Part shown: positions 52,164 to 64,000 of the stretch, piece by piece
Numbering within the stretch: the first letter of the stretch is position 1
How the letters are laid out: each line of letters starts with the position of its first letter
Origin: Camelus dromedarius
Taxonomy: Eukaryota
NCBI RefSeq assembly: GCF_036321535.1
Contig: NC_087436.1
Coordinates: 78,494,001-78,558,000, forward strand
Direction: 5' to 3'
Length of the DNA: 64,000 nt
The notes under the pieces: generated by a model
The model's database searches: none
Told to the model about the DNA's origin: nothing
The model's input: the letters and a program-made list of their open reading frames with translations, nothing else
Translations under genes and position numbers: made by a program

Positions 52164-52589
52164 GAAGGGGAATAGTTGAGAGGCAGATTTAGGAGGAGAG
52201 TGAAGCAGGAATCAATGTATTGAAGTAGATATATGGAAAGAACACTGGTCTTGAATCAGGAGAGCTGGGGTTGGTTTCCTGACATACAACTGGCACGTAA
52301 TAAGTGTTTCTTGAATGAATGCATGAGTAACAACTTTTCTGAGATTGTCTGCAAGTCTTTGGTCACAGGCATGAGAGCAGTCGCCACACTACAGGGTTCG
52401 GAGGGCTGAGTGGGATAATGGGTATCAGAGCTCTTTGTAAAATGAACACTTGTTGCCAGTCATGCCTGGAGGGGACCATGGCCTGGGATAAGAGGAAGGG
52501 CTCTGGCATCAGGAGTCCTTGCCCATGTCAGGTACCCGTCCTACCTGCTGGGCCCAAGGACCTGGGGCAGTGCTCTGATTCCACCATCT

Positions 52590-52990
52590 CAGCTCTCTAG
52601 CTCAGCCCCAGTATCCAGACTCCTTGTAATGTCTTACCCTCCATTCTCTATTAACAACTTAATACATTTTATTTATGAAACACCACCAAGCTCTTCCAGT
52701 ATTCCCCATTTTCATCAATAGCAATTCCATTTCTCCCACTGTTCAGACCAAAAACTTAGAGCCATTCTCAAGTCTTTGTCTCTCTCAGTCCTCACATCCA
52801 AGTCATCAGCAAATCCTTCTGTTTCTCACCATTCCTATATTACCACCCCCTACCAAACATGTCACCTGATATGCCAACATGATTTCTTTGTATGAGTGCA
52901 AAAACTTTTTTAACAAGCCATCTGCCTTTACATCCAACTCTGGATGTAATTTTTTACCTAGCCACCAGCATCATTTTGAAACATTGTCCA
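52590..52990 (+). mobile_element. L2 fragment
   Basis: tcagaccaaaaacttagag..cacatccaagtcatcagcaaatcc. Confidence 0.6.
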
Positions 52991-53534
52991 CAGGTTATAT
53001 ATATGATATTACATACTAACTAGGCATGATGCATGCCTAGTGGCATTACATTTCAACCATGCCATGATGACCAGTCTGTGACCATCATTCATCTCCTGCA
53101 ACACAAGGCCCAGGCCTGACCAAGGTCTACCATGGCATGTGACATCGTGAACTACTAAGTTATTCATGACATGGAGGGGAGACAATGCCAAACACTGAGA
53201 TTTGTAGAGCAAAAAAAGAAGCATAGATGGTCCTCTATGCTGTACCACTGAATTAACCCCTGAGCTGCCTGGCTTGTCATGTCAGATACTAAAGCACTTA
53301 TTGTTTAAACCATCATAAAATGATTTCAGAAACCTAGTAGAGAAGAGGATAGACAATACCACCAAAAATCTGAGATCAGGTAGACATCAGCATTAAATTT
53401 GAAGTTCCTGACTACAAAGAAAAAGAAAAAGCATACTCTTTAGAAAAGGAAAGCCTTTTCCTGATACTAATTTTATGAGAAATTTGCCATGAGAAAATAA
53501 AGAACAGAGACTAGCCTATTGGAGGCAATGTATC

Positions 53535-53915
53535 TATGGCAAAGATCGCTAATGCTCCCCCAAATATCCATGTGTTCCTCTCCATTTCCCAGGTCCCATG
53601 AAGCCTGCTGGGATCATATCACTATTTCTTAACAACCGGAGTGTGAGCTAAAGTGATGTCACTTCTAACCCAAGAAGGGTGTACCTTATCCATACCCTCT
53701 CTCTCTCCTGTCCATGCAGGAAATGATGTACTCTGAGACTGCAGAGATGCAAGATAAAAGCAACTCGGATCCCTGAGTCAACACTTGGAGGACAGCCAAG
53801 CATCAGACTATGACAGAAAAGAGAAATAAACCTTTGTTGTGTTAAGCCACTGAGACTCTCAGGTTTTTCTGAACCACTGAGATTTTCAGCTAGTTAGCCT
53901 AGCTTGACTACTACA
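53535..53915 (+). mobile_element. MLT1(H-J)-like LTR
   Basis: ggatccctgagtca..gagaaataaacctttgttgtgttaagccactgaga..tgactactaca. Confidence 0.75.
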
Positions 53916-54969
53916 TCGCCATCAGTGATTTTACACTCTACTTAATTAAGATTCTGGAATCAAGAATGTCATTTAAAATAGACAGATGGTTGAGGTTTAA
54001 TTCTTCTAACCTGACTGCATTCTTCCCTTTACAAAACTAGCCTTAGCCCACCTCCCAAACACACACAGAAATACATGCTACTATCTGGTATCTTTCCTTG
54101 AGTCCACTAGGAATCCTATCTAATAGATGCTCCTTTCTCACGGAAGTCACGTTCACATCCATTCTATTTCATCCTTTCTCTGCAGCATTTAGGAAGTTGA
54201 AGACAGAGAAGGAAGATGAGGATACATTTAAAACACAAATTTAAACAATGATAAGAAAGAGAACATCACCAGAAGGTTTTACATATATTGGGAGAGTCCT
54301 CTTTTTCAGCATTAAAAAATCATATCATATCAAACATATCATTTCAAATGCTCTAAGAATTTAATAATCCATTGCTATAAAAAAAAATATGCCAAACCAA
54401 AAATATTTGAGATCCCCAAACACTTTCTTGACTAAAAAATTCTATGCACATACATTATTTCAACCATATAAAAATAAATTTTGAAAGAGTAAAACACTGA
54501 GGGGGAAGAAAAGGGTAGATGTACAATAAAACACTGCTGGATTTCATCATTTCAGGTGCCAATCTGTACATTTTTCTCACCTCTGTCTTCCTGGGTATAA
54601 TGCATGCACTGAGCTGAACTTACTTGAGCTGCTCCAGCCCTCAACCTGGAGATGCTTACCACTGAGTCATCCTTCCTGGCAGCCTGCCTAGGGAACGAAT
54701 CACTGGGATCTGCAATTCTCACCTGAGCCCCTTTACTGCCGCTCATACCGAGGACGTCATCTCCCAAAATGACCATTAATCTCCTGTGTGGACCCTGAAT
54801 CTCCTTCTCCCTTAAGTTCTTATTGTTAAGTTTCTGCTTGTGAGTTTACAGAAGTTTTTGGGGGGGCCCTATTGCAACTTACTGTTCCTAAAATTATTCT
54901 TACTAGTCCTGTACCCCCTTCCCCCAGAAAACCCTATCCACTAAGTTTGGGGCCTACAACCGAGGATGG

Positions 54970-55170
54970 TTAATAATACTGAGTATTTATCAGGCCATAT
55001 GCTAAGCAGTTCTCCTACAAAAGCTCTAAAACCCCACAAACCCACTTTAAGGTCAGTACTATTATTAGCCCCACTCTGCAAATGAGGAAAATGAAATCTA
55101 AAGGGGTTCAGTCACTTGTCCAGAGTTTCCACACTAGGAAGTGGCAAAGTCACTGCTGTCTGACACTATT
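54970..55170 (-). mobile_element. MIR
   Basis: tattattagccccactctgcaaatgaggaaaatga..cacttgtccaga. Confidence 0.7.
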
Positions 55171-56139
55171 TAATTTAAGAAATTAAATGTTCCACGGTAG
55201 AATGGATTTTAGTAAATTAAGGAACTGTCCACAGACTAGCCAGTGAGAGTGACAATGGGGCTGACAGACCATGTGATGTTCCGATACTGTCGAGGGCCTC
55301 CCAGGACTGGGTAGATGGGATGACATCTGCTCGAGGGAGACCTGCATGTGTGTTTGTGATGATGGCAGGTGGGGGAAGAGAACCAGCCCAGTCAGGAAGG
55401 GATTACCCAAGTCAGTCCATAAATGGGCAGCTCCAAAACAAAAGCAGAAGCTAAGGTTAATTTTTCCATCAGTAAATCAACAAACACAAATGTCAACCTC
55501 AAAACTTTTGGTGTTAACGCTAATCCAAAAACTGAGGGCCTGCACATAAACAGGAAAACTCTTTTATATGATGTCTGCACTCCTGGGATCGGGCTGGGGG
55601 AACAGAGTCAAAGGGCTCCTTAAAAAATTTCCACTGGTTGCTGACCATCTTCTCAGTGCTGGACACAGATCCAGCCTCGTTTCCCTCTCCACAGCCTCCC
55701 TCCAGAATCAGAGTTAAATTAATTCCATCTTTGGAAGGTTCTTCATTGTTTTACATCTGCACTGTGGTATGTTCAAAGAAAGAGAAAAAGACAAGATTCC
55801 AGTTCTTTGGATAGGTGAAAAAAATAGGTGAAACTGAATTGAAATACTCCATTTCGTTCAAGTTAAATATACTCACACTCGCACACATTTATTTAAGCAA
55901 TATGTGAAGTTACGAGAGTTAACATCAGGTTTCAAACCATGCATTGAATAAGAGCGCCCTCATCAGGCCACAACTAATATAATAGAGCTAAACTGTTGCT
56001 TAGCTTCCAAGACAGGAAAGTTGTGCAATAAGTGAAAATTGCAGCAGCATATGCCAGCCATCCCATAATTGCCCCCGAAAGTCATCTTACCCAAATTATC
56101 ATTTAATAAAAGCAATTGTTGGGCAATGTTTTGTGTGTA

Positions 56140-56345
56140 GGTGGGGGAAAGAACACTAAAGTCAAAATGTTTTAGTTCAAGCTCTACCATTAACAATGTG
56201 ACCCTGAAAAAAGTCAAAGAACCTTTCAGCCTCCATCTCTACCCATCTGTAAAATGGGCACAATCCTTACTAGGTCTGCCTGTCTAGGCTCAAATAAGAT
56301 GCATTCCAAAGTACTTTGTAAAACATAGAGCCATTATGAATGTCA
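56140..56345 (+). mobile_element. MIR
   Basis: tgtgaccctg..catctgtaaaatggg..aaagtactttgtaaa. Confidence 0.7.
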
Positions 56346-57542
56346 AGTATTATCAGTATTATCTCTACTGAAATGATACAGTATGAGGAACCACTTCATT
56401 TTGGCAAGTTCAAGAAGGTAATCCTTGACTAAAAACACATTTTTTATTTCTGTGTGATAGTTATCCACTTTTTTAAAAAGTGAATGTAATCTTTGATTAC
56501 AAAAACAGAAAAAACAAAAAACAAAAAAAAGCACCGCTTAGCACAGGATCTTTACTGCACATAAAGATGTGTACTTTACACTCACATCGTAGGTGATCTA
56601 CTTTTTAGCTCCTTTTCAAGGCTTTGACTCATTTAAATGAGAGGCCAGTATCAGCAAAGATTCATTAAGTACCAGAGGTAGGGCACTGTGCTAGGAATTC
56701 GAAGAGAGCCCGGTGAAAGGCACCAAATTTGTACTTAAATCTCAGGTGCTAGAAGGCACCTCAAGAGGCCATCAAACGTACCCAATAAGTTTCTCCCACA
56801 GCTCCTGTGTCAGAGAAAGGTCTCAGGATAAAAGTCTGTGAAGTACAGTTATCTTCAGAAAGTGTGATTCTAGGTAGGATCATCCCATCTGTACTGTTTG
56901 GAAAGTTTTAAGTAATAAATACATATTGCTTTGTCATTTAAGGAATCAAAAATGACTTGTAAAAGTTAGAAAACCGCTTTGAACAACTGAAGCCAGAGAA
57001 CATGGTCCTTAGTTTCAAAGGACATTCTAGAGATAAGGATGCCCAGACTAAAGCAAGACTTCAGATTCCTTTGCAAAACACCTATAAGAGTTTTGAAAAC
57101 TACTTATCTTGTGCAATTTCAGGTAAAACATCTAAATTTTTTTCATCATAAATATACTTTTGAAAGATATAATTTTGGCAGGCTGTAAACACTGTATTCA
57201 ATTGAATTGAAATATCATAGCGATTTGACAGCCATTATCACACATTAACAAACAAGCTCCTTTTTAAAAGTTGAAAAAGCCATATAATTCATTTTTTTTT
57301 CCTTTAACCCTGACTGAACCAAGATTCAGTACAAGAAACAGAAATCATTCAAGGCATTGTAAGCAGAAAGGAATTTAATACAGAGAATTAGGTTCCTACA
57401 AAATCATCCTAACAAGCTCTTCAGTAGGCTTCCAAAAGTCCAGCCTATGCAAATCTACAGAGATGGAAAGTAAAAACGTAGTTTCCTAGGATTGCGGTAG
57501 GAGGTGGGGAATAGTGAGTGACAACTAATAGGGTAAGTAATC

Positions 57543-57684
57543 CTACTGGAACACAGCTCTGTCCACTCCTGTATTGTTCATAGCTGGTCTTCCACTACAA
57601 GGGAGAGCTGAATAGTTGGGACAGAGACCATGTGACTTAAATATTTACTATCTGCCCTTTGAAGAAAAAGTTTGCCAAACCCTG
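57543..57684. mobile_element. MER58A half element
   Basis: gagctgaatagttgggacagagacc..aaatatttactatctgcccttt..aaaaagtttgccaaaccctg. Confidence 0.8.
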
Positions 57685-58309
57685 CTTTTATTCAAAGAGA
57701 CAATGTTGAACTGTCAGAAATAAACATGTAACTTTTCACCTTCTCTTCCTTGAAATGAAGTTTATAAATAAGCACCCAGGGTACAGAATGAGACACTGGT
57801 GAAAGCAAGTCCTCACCAGGCTGTTTGTCACTAATAAGAATTATAAAAATATAGAATGGTCCACCTTGCCAAATGAAATTTTCCAGCATGCTTCTTACAA
57901 ACTTTAATTATTCTAAATCTAAAATAAACAATAGTTTTACTTTTAACAGTAATACTTACAATACACCAGAAATTGCATCCTTTGCAACTATTTCAGTTTA
58001 CGATGAAAAATTTTAGATGCTAACTTAAAAATGCATGTCGAGTACAGGGCTGTGCTTGTTTATTATTTATTTGTTTGCAAGCAAAAATGTTTAAAGACCA
58101 CTGGCCTAAAGCAAAAAGTCATCTTTGACCTTAGTAAGAGCCCTAGATGAATGTATAACATCCCCCTCCCCAATTAGAATTATTAGAATTGCCCTAAAAG
58201 TTAGCTATCGTTTTTTAAGTTATTAAGACTGTTCATTCAGTGTATCACACTATAGACATTTCCAAAAGTAAAGGTTTATGTATAAGTTATTCTGATTATG
58301 GATACATAA

Positions 58310-58570
58310 GTGAAGAGGAAACCAACATTTATTAAGCATCCATTATTTGCCAGATTCTCTACATAAATTATCTTATTAATTCCTAATAATTATACTTTGA
58401 GGTATGTATTTTTATATTAATCCCATATTTTCAGCTAAAAAACAAAACTGATACCAAGTGAGTTTAGGTAATACACTTTAGACCCCTGCAGCCAGGATGC
58501 AGCAGAACTAGGATACAAACGCAAGACTGTTTGACATCAAAGTCCATGTACTTTCCACTCAGTGCACAGC
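58310..58570 (-). mobile_element. MIR
   Basis: aacatttattaagc..atcccatattttcag..aggatacaaac..tgacatcaaagtccatg. Confidence 0.6.
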
Positions 58571-59239
58571 TTGGTTCAGCTTTCTTATACCTCAGGCCTG
58601 TATTTATGTGTATCTGAGTCCATGACATGCAAATATTCTGGAACCTACAGTGATAATACTTCGTTCCTAACAGTCCCTGGCATTTACTTCCCCTACAACC
58701 ATCAGTTGACAGTAGTCAAACTATGTAACAACCAGTGGGGCATCAGCACCAGCCGTTCTAAACAGATGCCAGCATAAAGATGGGTACAAGTTCACCGTTG
58801 AGAATCAGCCCCGACGATACCTAAAACGAAAGCGTTTTTAGAAAAGCTGAAAAGGATAAACCTGCCCGACAACCTCATTTTTCAGATAAAGAAGCTAAAG
58901 ACTAAGAGATTAACATCCTGCTAAATGTCACACCATCAGTCACTGGCTGGACCAGAAGAGAACACCAGTTTCCAGAAGCTCCTGTATTTGAGTGAGTGAT
59001 TGATGAACATGTGAATGATGGACATAACTCTGCTTTCTTTCCTTTAGTATCTAAAAGAACTCAAGGTGGCGCCATGTATACATCATCTCCAGCACTGGAG
59101 CATGGGCATTTCAGGATGGTTTCAAATAAGCAACTAAAGGTTCAGAATAAATATCTGAATGTCTGTTAAATGATTGCAATCCTCACACCTGCCCTACTTC
59201 TCTTCCCTTTGTACCTCACCATCCATTGCTTGCACTTTA

Positions 59240-59410
59240 CCAGTGGGGAATAGTGCATCTCACGGTGCATGCAAAACACCTGGGGATTTTGTCGAAGTGC
59301 AGTCTGATTCAGTAGGTTTGGGGTGAGTGCCAAGATTCTGCATTTTTAACAAGCTCCCAAGCAATGACATTGTTGCTGTCAGCAGACCACACTTTGAGGA
59401 AGAAGAACTT
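59240..59410 (-). mobile_element. MER5A-like MITE
   Basis: tctgattcagtaggtttgggg..ctgcatttttaacaagctccc..gaccacactttgag. Confidence 0.75.
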
Positions 59411-59521
59411 AGACCACATTACATGAGAAGGATTACAGTACACAAGGACTTTTCTTAATTAAGAAAATAATAATAAAGATTAGATGGCATTTAGGATTAC
59501 CCAAATTAAGAAATCTCTACA

Positions 59522-59705
59522 GGGGAGGATGGCGGTATAGCTCAACCGTAAAGTGAGTGCTTAGCATGCACGAGGTCCTGGGTTCAATCTCCAGTACTGC
59601 CACTGAAAATAAATAAACAAGCAAACAAGCAAACAAACAAACCTAACTACCACCCCCAAAAAAACCCTGAAAATATAATAAATAATTTTTTTAAACTTGT
59701 TCTAG
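59522..59705 (+). mobile_element. Vic-1-like SINE, long-tail form
   Basis: ggtatagctca..gcttagcatgcacgaggtcctgggttcaatctccagtac; tail acctaactaccacccccaaaa. Confidence 0.88.
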
Positions 59706-60429
59706 AAAGACAGTCTCTAAAATCTTTATTTCTGAGCACCAAACTCTAACCAATAAGCAAGTAGCTTCATCTGATGTGTTGGGAAATGGAATTATCATGC
59801 CTCCTTAGCCAAAAATAAATTATGTGAACATTACTTTTTACACTTTAATAAAAGTAATGATGCTGCCTAGAATACGTACTAAAAACATATGCTGCATTTT
59901 TCTCATGGCTAGGAATTAAAGATTCTCTCTCTTGCTTGGCTCATTAATACTGCTTTCTAAAAACAACTCTACCACCAAGTGAACAATACGAAAATCAGTT
60001 TATATGATACAATGTTCAGGCTTTCCCCAATTCCATCCTCCAGCTTCACCGGTTAGCAAAGGGTTATTAATTCTGGGCTAACTAACAGAGCCCAAGTAGG
60101 ACTCAGTACTTCAAGATGGACAACCTCAAAAGATAAGCCATATTAAAGAATCATTTTCTAGTACCATTTAAACAATGGCATCTGAACAGAGCAACACCAC
60201 TGATCAGAGAATGTGTAGCAACAGGCTAATATTTCCTCCATGGACACCAATGATTAGAATACACAGTTAAAGCAGCTATCCAACATGAACTTATGCTAAG
60301 TAGAAATTCAGAACCACAGATCTTAAACAACGAAAATATGGTTTTCACTGCTTTTACCTTGGTCTTCTGTAATTCTATGCCTACTTCAAAAACAGGGAAA
60401 CAGAATTCAGCAATATTACAAATAAGTAT

Positions 60430-60636
60430 AATACAGTGAAAGCACCAGGGCCCTCCCACTGTGGGGAGTGCTTTGTGCCCCTCCCCTTCACTCTGGCTCA
60501 GTCATGTAATTTATTTTGGCCGATAGGATACTAGTAGATATAACACCAGCAGAGGCTTGGAAAGAGCTTGCTTGATTGAGTTTATTTGTTCTTGCTCCTC
60601 TGCTATCACCATGAGAGCATGCCCTGGATAGCCTCT
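60430..60636 (+). mobile_element. MLT1G/H-like LTR, 5' part only
   Basis: gtcatgtaatttattttggcc..agcagaggcttg..ctctgctatcaccatgagagcatgccc. Confidence 0.65.
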
Positions 60637-60679
60637 GTATTTATTTATTAGTTTGTTTGTTTATAGAATTTGTATTTAG

Positions 60680-63600
60680 GATTTTTATTTCTATAGGTTT
60701 CCCTCTAAGAATGGCTTTAGCTGCATCCTATAATTTGGCATGTTGTATTTTCATTTTCATTCATGTCAAAGTATGAGTGTATATCTCTAGTGATTTTTTT
60801 TAATCCATTGGTTGTTTTAGGAGTATATTATTTAATTTTCACATATTTTTTGCAAAAGTCCTTCTGTTACTGATTTCTAATTTTACTGAATTGTGATTAG
60901 AGGATATATTTTGTAAATATTTCAGTTCTTTTAAATTTATTAAGGCTTGTTTTATGGCCCAATTATGGTCTATCCTGTAGAATGCTTCACGTGCACTTGA
61001 GAAGAATATGTATTCTGCTGTTTTGGGGTGGAGTGTTCTAGTTTTCTGTTAGTCTACAGTGGTGTATAACGTTACACAATTTTCAATTTCCTTTTTGATT
61101 TTCTGCATGTTTGTTCTATCTATTATTGAAAGTGGGGCATTGAAGTCCCAACTATTATTTTTTAACTTTCTATTTTTTCCTTCAATTTTGTGAGTTTTTA
61201 TGTAATGAGGAACTCTGTTGTTAGGTGCACAGATATTTATAACATGTTTTCCTGATGAACTGACCCTTTAAGTATTATAAAATGTTCTCTGTCTCTAGTA
61301 ACAATTTTTGCCTTAAAGTCTATTTGTCTCATGTTGGTATAGCTACTACAGGTCTTTGATTACTATTCACATAGCATATCTTTTCCCATCCTTTAACTTT
61401 CAAACTATTCGTGTCTTAACCTAAAGTGAATCTCTTACAGATAGCATACAGTTTGATCACATTTTTTAAATTTATTCTACCCATCTCTACCTTTTAATTG
61501 GAGAGGATAATCCATTTATATTTAAATTAATTACTGATAAGGTACAATTTACATCTGCCACTTTTCTAATTGTTTTCTACATATCTGATTTTTTTTCTTC
61601 CTCGATTCCTTCAACACTGCCTTCTTTTGTGTTGAACAGGTATGTTCTGGTGTGTCCTTTTAATTCCCTTACCAATCCTTTTGTTATATATTTTTTAGTT
61701 ATTTTCTTACCGGTTGCTCTGGTGATTATCATTAACATCTTCATTTATAACGATCTGGTTCTGATTAATACTTAACTTAATTTCAATACTATATTTTAAA
61801 AATTGCTTTAAACAGTTCCATCCCCACTACTTCTATATGCTGTTATCATAAATTATATTTGTATACACTGTGTACTTATCAACGTATATTTGTAGTTATT
61901 CTTTCTGCAGTTGTCTTAAATCAGGTATGAGGGGAGAAAGGAGTAACAAACAAAAGCTACATTTATATTTTTATGTCATATTTACCTGTGTTTACCCACT
62001 TTATCAGTGTTCTTTACGTCTTCATGTGGATTTGAGTTACTGTATAGTGTCCTGACTGTTGAATTTTCATTCAGGGCACATCTGCTAGTAATAAACTCTC
62101 TCAGTTCCTGTTTATCTGGCAATGTCTTAATTTCTCCTTGTCAAATATAGAATTCTTGGTTGGTAGGGTTTTTTTCCTTTCAGCACTTTAAATATGTTAT
62201 CCAATTGTCTTCTGGTTTCCATGACTTTTGATGAGAAATCAGCTGTTTATGTTACTGAGGTTTCCATATTTGTGATGAGTCCATTCTCTGTTGCTATTTT
62301 CAAGATTCTGTCTTTGCCTTTGGTTTTCAGTAGTTTGATTATGATGTGCTTAGGTGTAGATCACTAGGAATTTACCCTCTGAGTTTTTCAAACATGTTGG
62401 ATGTATAGGTAAATGATTTCTATCAAATTTGTGAAATTTTCAACGATTATTTCTTCAGATATTTTTTTCTGCCCTTTCCTCACTTTCCTTTCCTCTAGAA
62501 CTTCCATTATGCTTATGTTGGTACATTTGTTGGTGCTCCACTGGTTTATGAGGCTTTGTTCATTTTTCTTCATTCTTTTCTTTTCTGTTCCCCAGACTGG
62601 ATAATATCAATGTATCCGTCCTCAAGTTCCCTGATTCTTTGTTCTGCCACTTCACATCTGCTGTTGAGCTCTCCGCTAGTGATTTCTCTTATTTCAGCTT
62701 TTGTACTTTGAAGCTCCAGGGTTTTCATTTCTTTTTTTTTTTTTTTTTCATAACTTCTGTCTCTTTGTTGGTATTCTCTATTTGATGAAATGTTGTTATC
62801 ACACATTAATTCCTTAGATTTGGTTTGCTTTAGTTCTTTGGAGTATCTAAAACAGTTGATTTAAAGTCTTGTAAGTCCAACATCTGGGGTTCCTTAGGTA
62901 CAATTTCTACTGATTTCATTTTTTTCCTTGTATGGAGCATATTTTCTTGCTTCTGTTTTTTAAATAATACCTCATAATTTTTAAAATCTGTTTTTAAATT
63001 GTGTCTCATAATTTTTTATTAAAAGCCAGACATTTAAAATAACATAATGTGACAACTCTGGCAACCAGATCTGCCCGCCCTACCTGCAGCATTTGTTGCT
63101 GTTGCCACTTGTTATAGTTGTTGCTATTTGTTTAGTGACTTCCCAGAACTAATTCTGTAAAGTCTACATTTTTTGTCATATTAGTGTCTCTACTTGGTTA
63201 GCTTATTGGTGAGCTAATGATTAGGTAGAAATTTCCTTAAACACCTATAACCAATCAATCTCCCAGACTTGGCTGTGTGTGTGGGTGCTGGAGCATGCCT
63301 TTTAAACTCAGTTCATAATGCCACCTTATCCTTCACTTCTTGCTCGCATAGAACCTCAAGATCAATCAGGAATGAGAGCTTAGGGCCTTCTCAGGTCCTT
63401 CTTAGGCATGCTCACAGCTCTTCCATGTACATGACCTTCTAGATTATCAAGAATATTTCAGAGCTTTTCAAACCCCCTATGAACGGTGCATTCACCAGCT
63501 ATTCCTTTTAATCTTTCTGTTAGCCTATTGTTTTCCCCAACTGCTATCCATCTAAGGCATCTGCAAAGTTTAAAAAAAAAAACAAAAAACCCTACCCCTG

Positions 63601-64000
63601 CCTTTAATTGTTCTTGACAATGCACCTTGTGGGAGTGGACTTTTAGCACTGAGTGAGCTCTGAGTCAGCCTTGAAAGTGATGTATTCCAGGGAACCACCA
63701 AACAGGTCAGGTAATGACAATTCCATAAGAATGAGGCTTTGAATAAATTCTGAATACATTTTCCCCCACTCTGGTGGCTGTCAAGCTGTCCCAGAAATGT
63801 GGGCTGTTATTTTTTAAGGCTATTACATAGCTGGAAAGTGGGGGATGGGTGGACTAGGGCAAGTTAAAATGCCACAAGGCTCACTGTTCTTACTAAGATT
63901 CAGCCATTTTTCTTGAATAAACAATTCTTGGGTTACCATAAGTCTTTAGTTAATTTCTAGAGTTCTAAAAAAGTTAATTCTGAAAAATTTTGCCAGTTTT
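60680..64000 (-). mobile_element. Old LINE-1 5' part: 5'UTR, ORF1 and ORF2 endonuclease remnants
   Basis: ORFs 62388-62573 (KKNEQSL..W..NK.TNI.IMEV.E..ISEEIIVENF.NL) and 62570-62806 (coiled coil ELNSR.E.AEQRIRELED) resemble ORF1p; gtgcacttgagaagaatatgtattctgctg and ttgaagtcccca are reverse-complement endonuclease motifs. Confidence 0.9.

Noticed and set aside
53340..53430. Minus-strand exon after a strong pyrimidine tract
   Set aside because: No convincing donor or peptide; such tracts are common on this T-rich strand.
196..63649. The short ORFs in the supplied track as cellular genes
   Set aside because: All are at most 111 aa, with no recognisable cellular domain. Those I can identify are L1 or ERV-L remnants or low-complexity artefacts.
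1..64000. A novel multi-component biological system
   Set aside because: Nearly all structure is explained by known mammalian repeat classes. I saw no gene cluster, NUMT, processed pseudogene or foreign-composition segment by eye.

Overview
This is mammalian non-coding DNA: AT-rich, CpG-depleted and dominated by interspersed repeats. It is most likely camelid, because it has four tRNA-derived Vic-1-type SINEs and cetartiodactyl-type L1 3' ends, and I saw no Alu, Bov-A/BovB, PRE-1 or CHR-2. I could not support any cellular protein-coding exon, RNA gene or CRISPR array. The only recognisable peptides are decayed ERV-L pol and LINE-1 ORF1/ORF2 remnants. The repeats include L1, L2, MIR, MaLR/ERVL/ERV1 LTRs and hAT MITEs. 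L1/SINE orientation and A-run bias suggest the intron of a minus-strand gene, but this is inference. I found no new multi-gene system. The best observations are structural: (i) a MER53 hairpin with homogenised arms and a rewritten loop, (ii) a scrambled ERV-L pol remnant with a 10-bp junction duplication, (iii) two L1 insertions into the same target site, (iv) twin-primed L1s, and (v) a CpG-enriched unique island with a candidate minus-strand exon. Subfamily names come from remembered consensus sequences, not a database search. Boundaries without a target-site duplication (TSD) are approximate.
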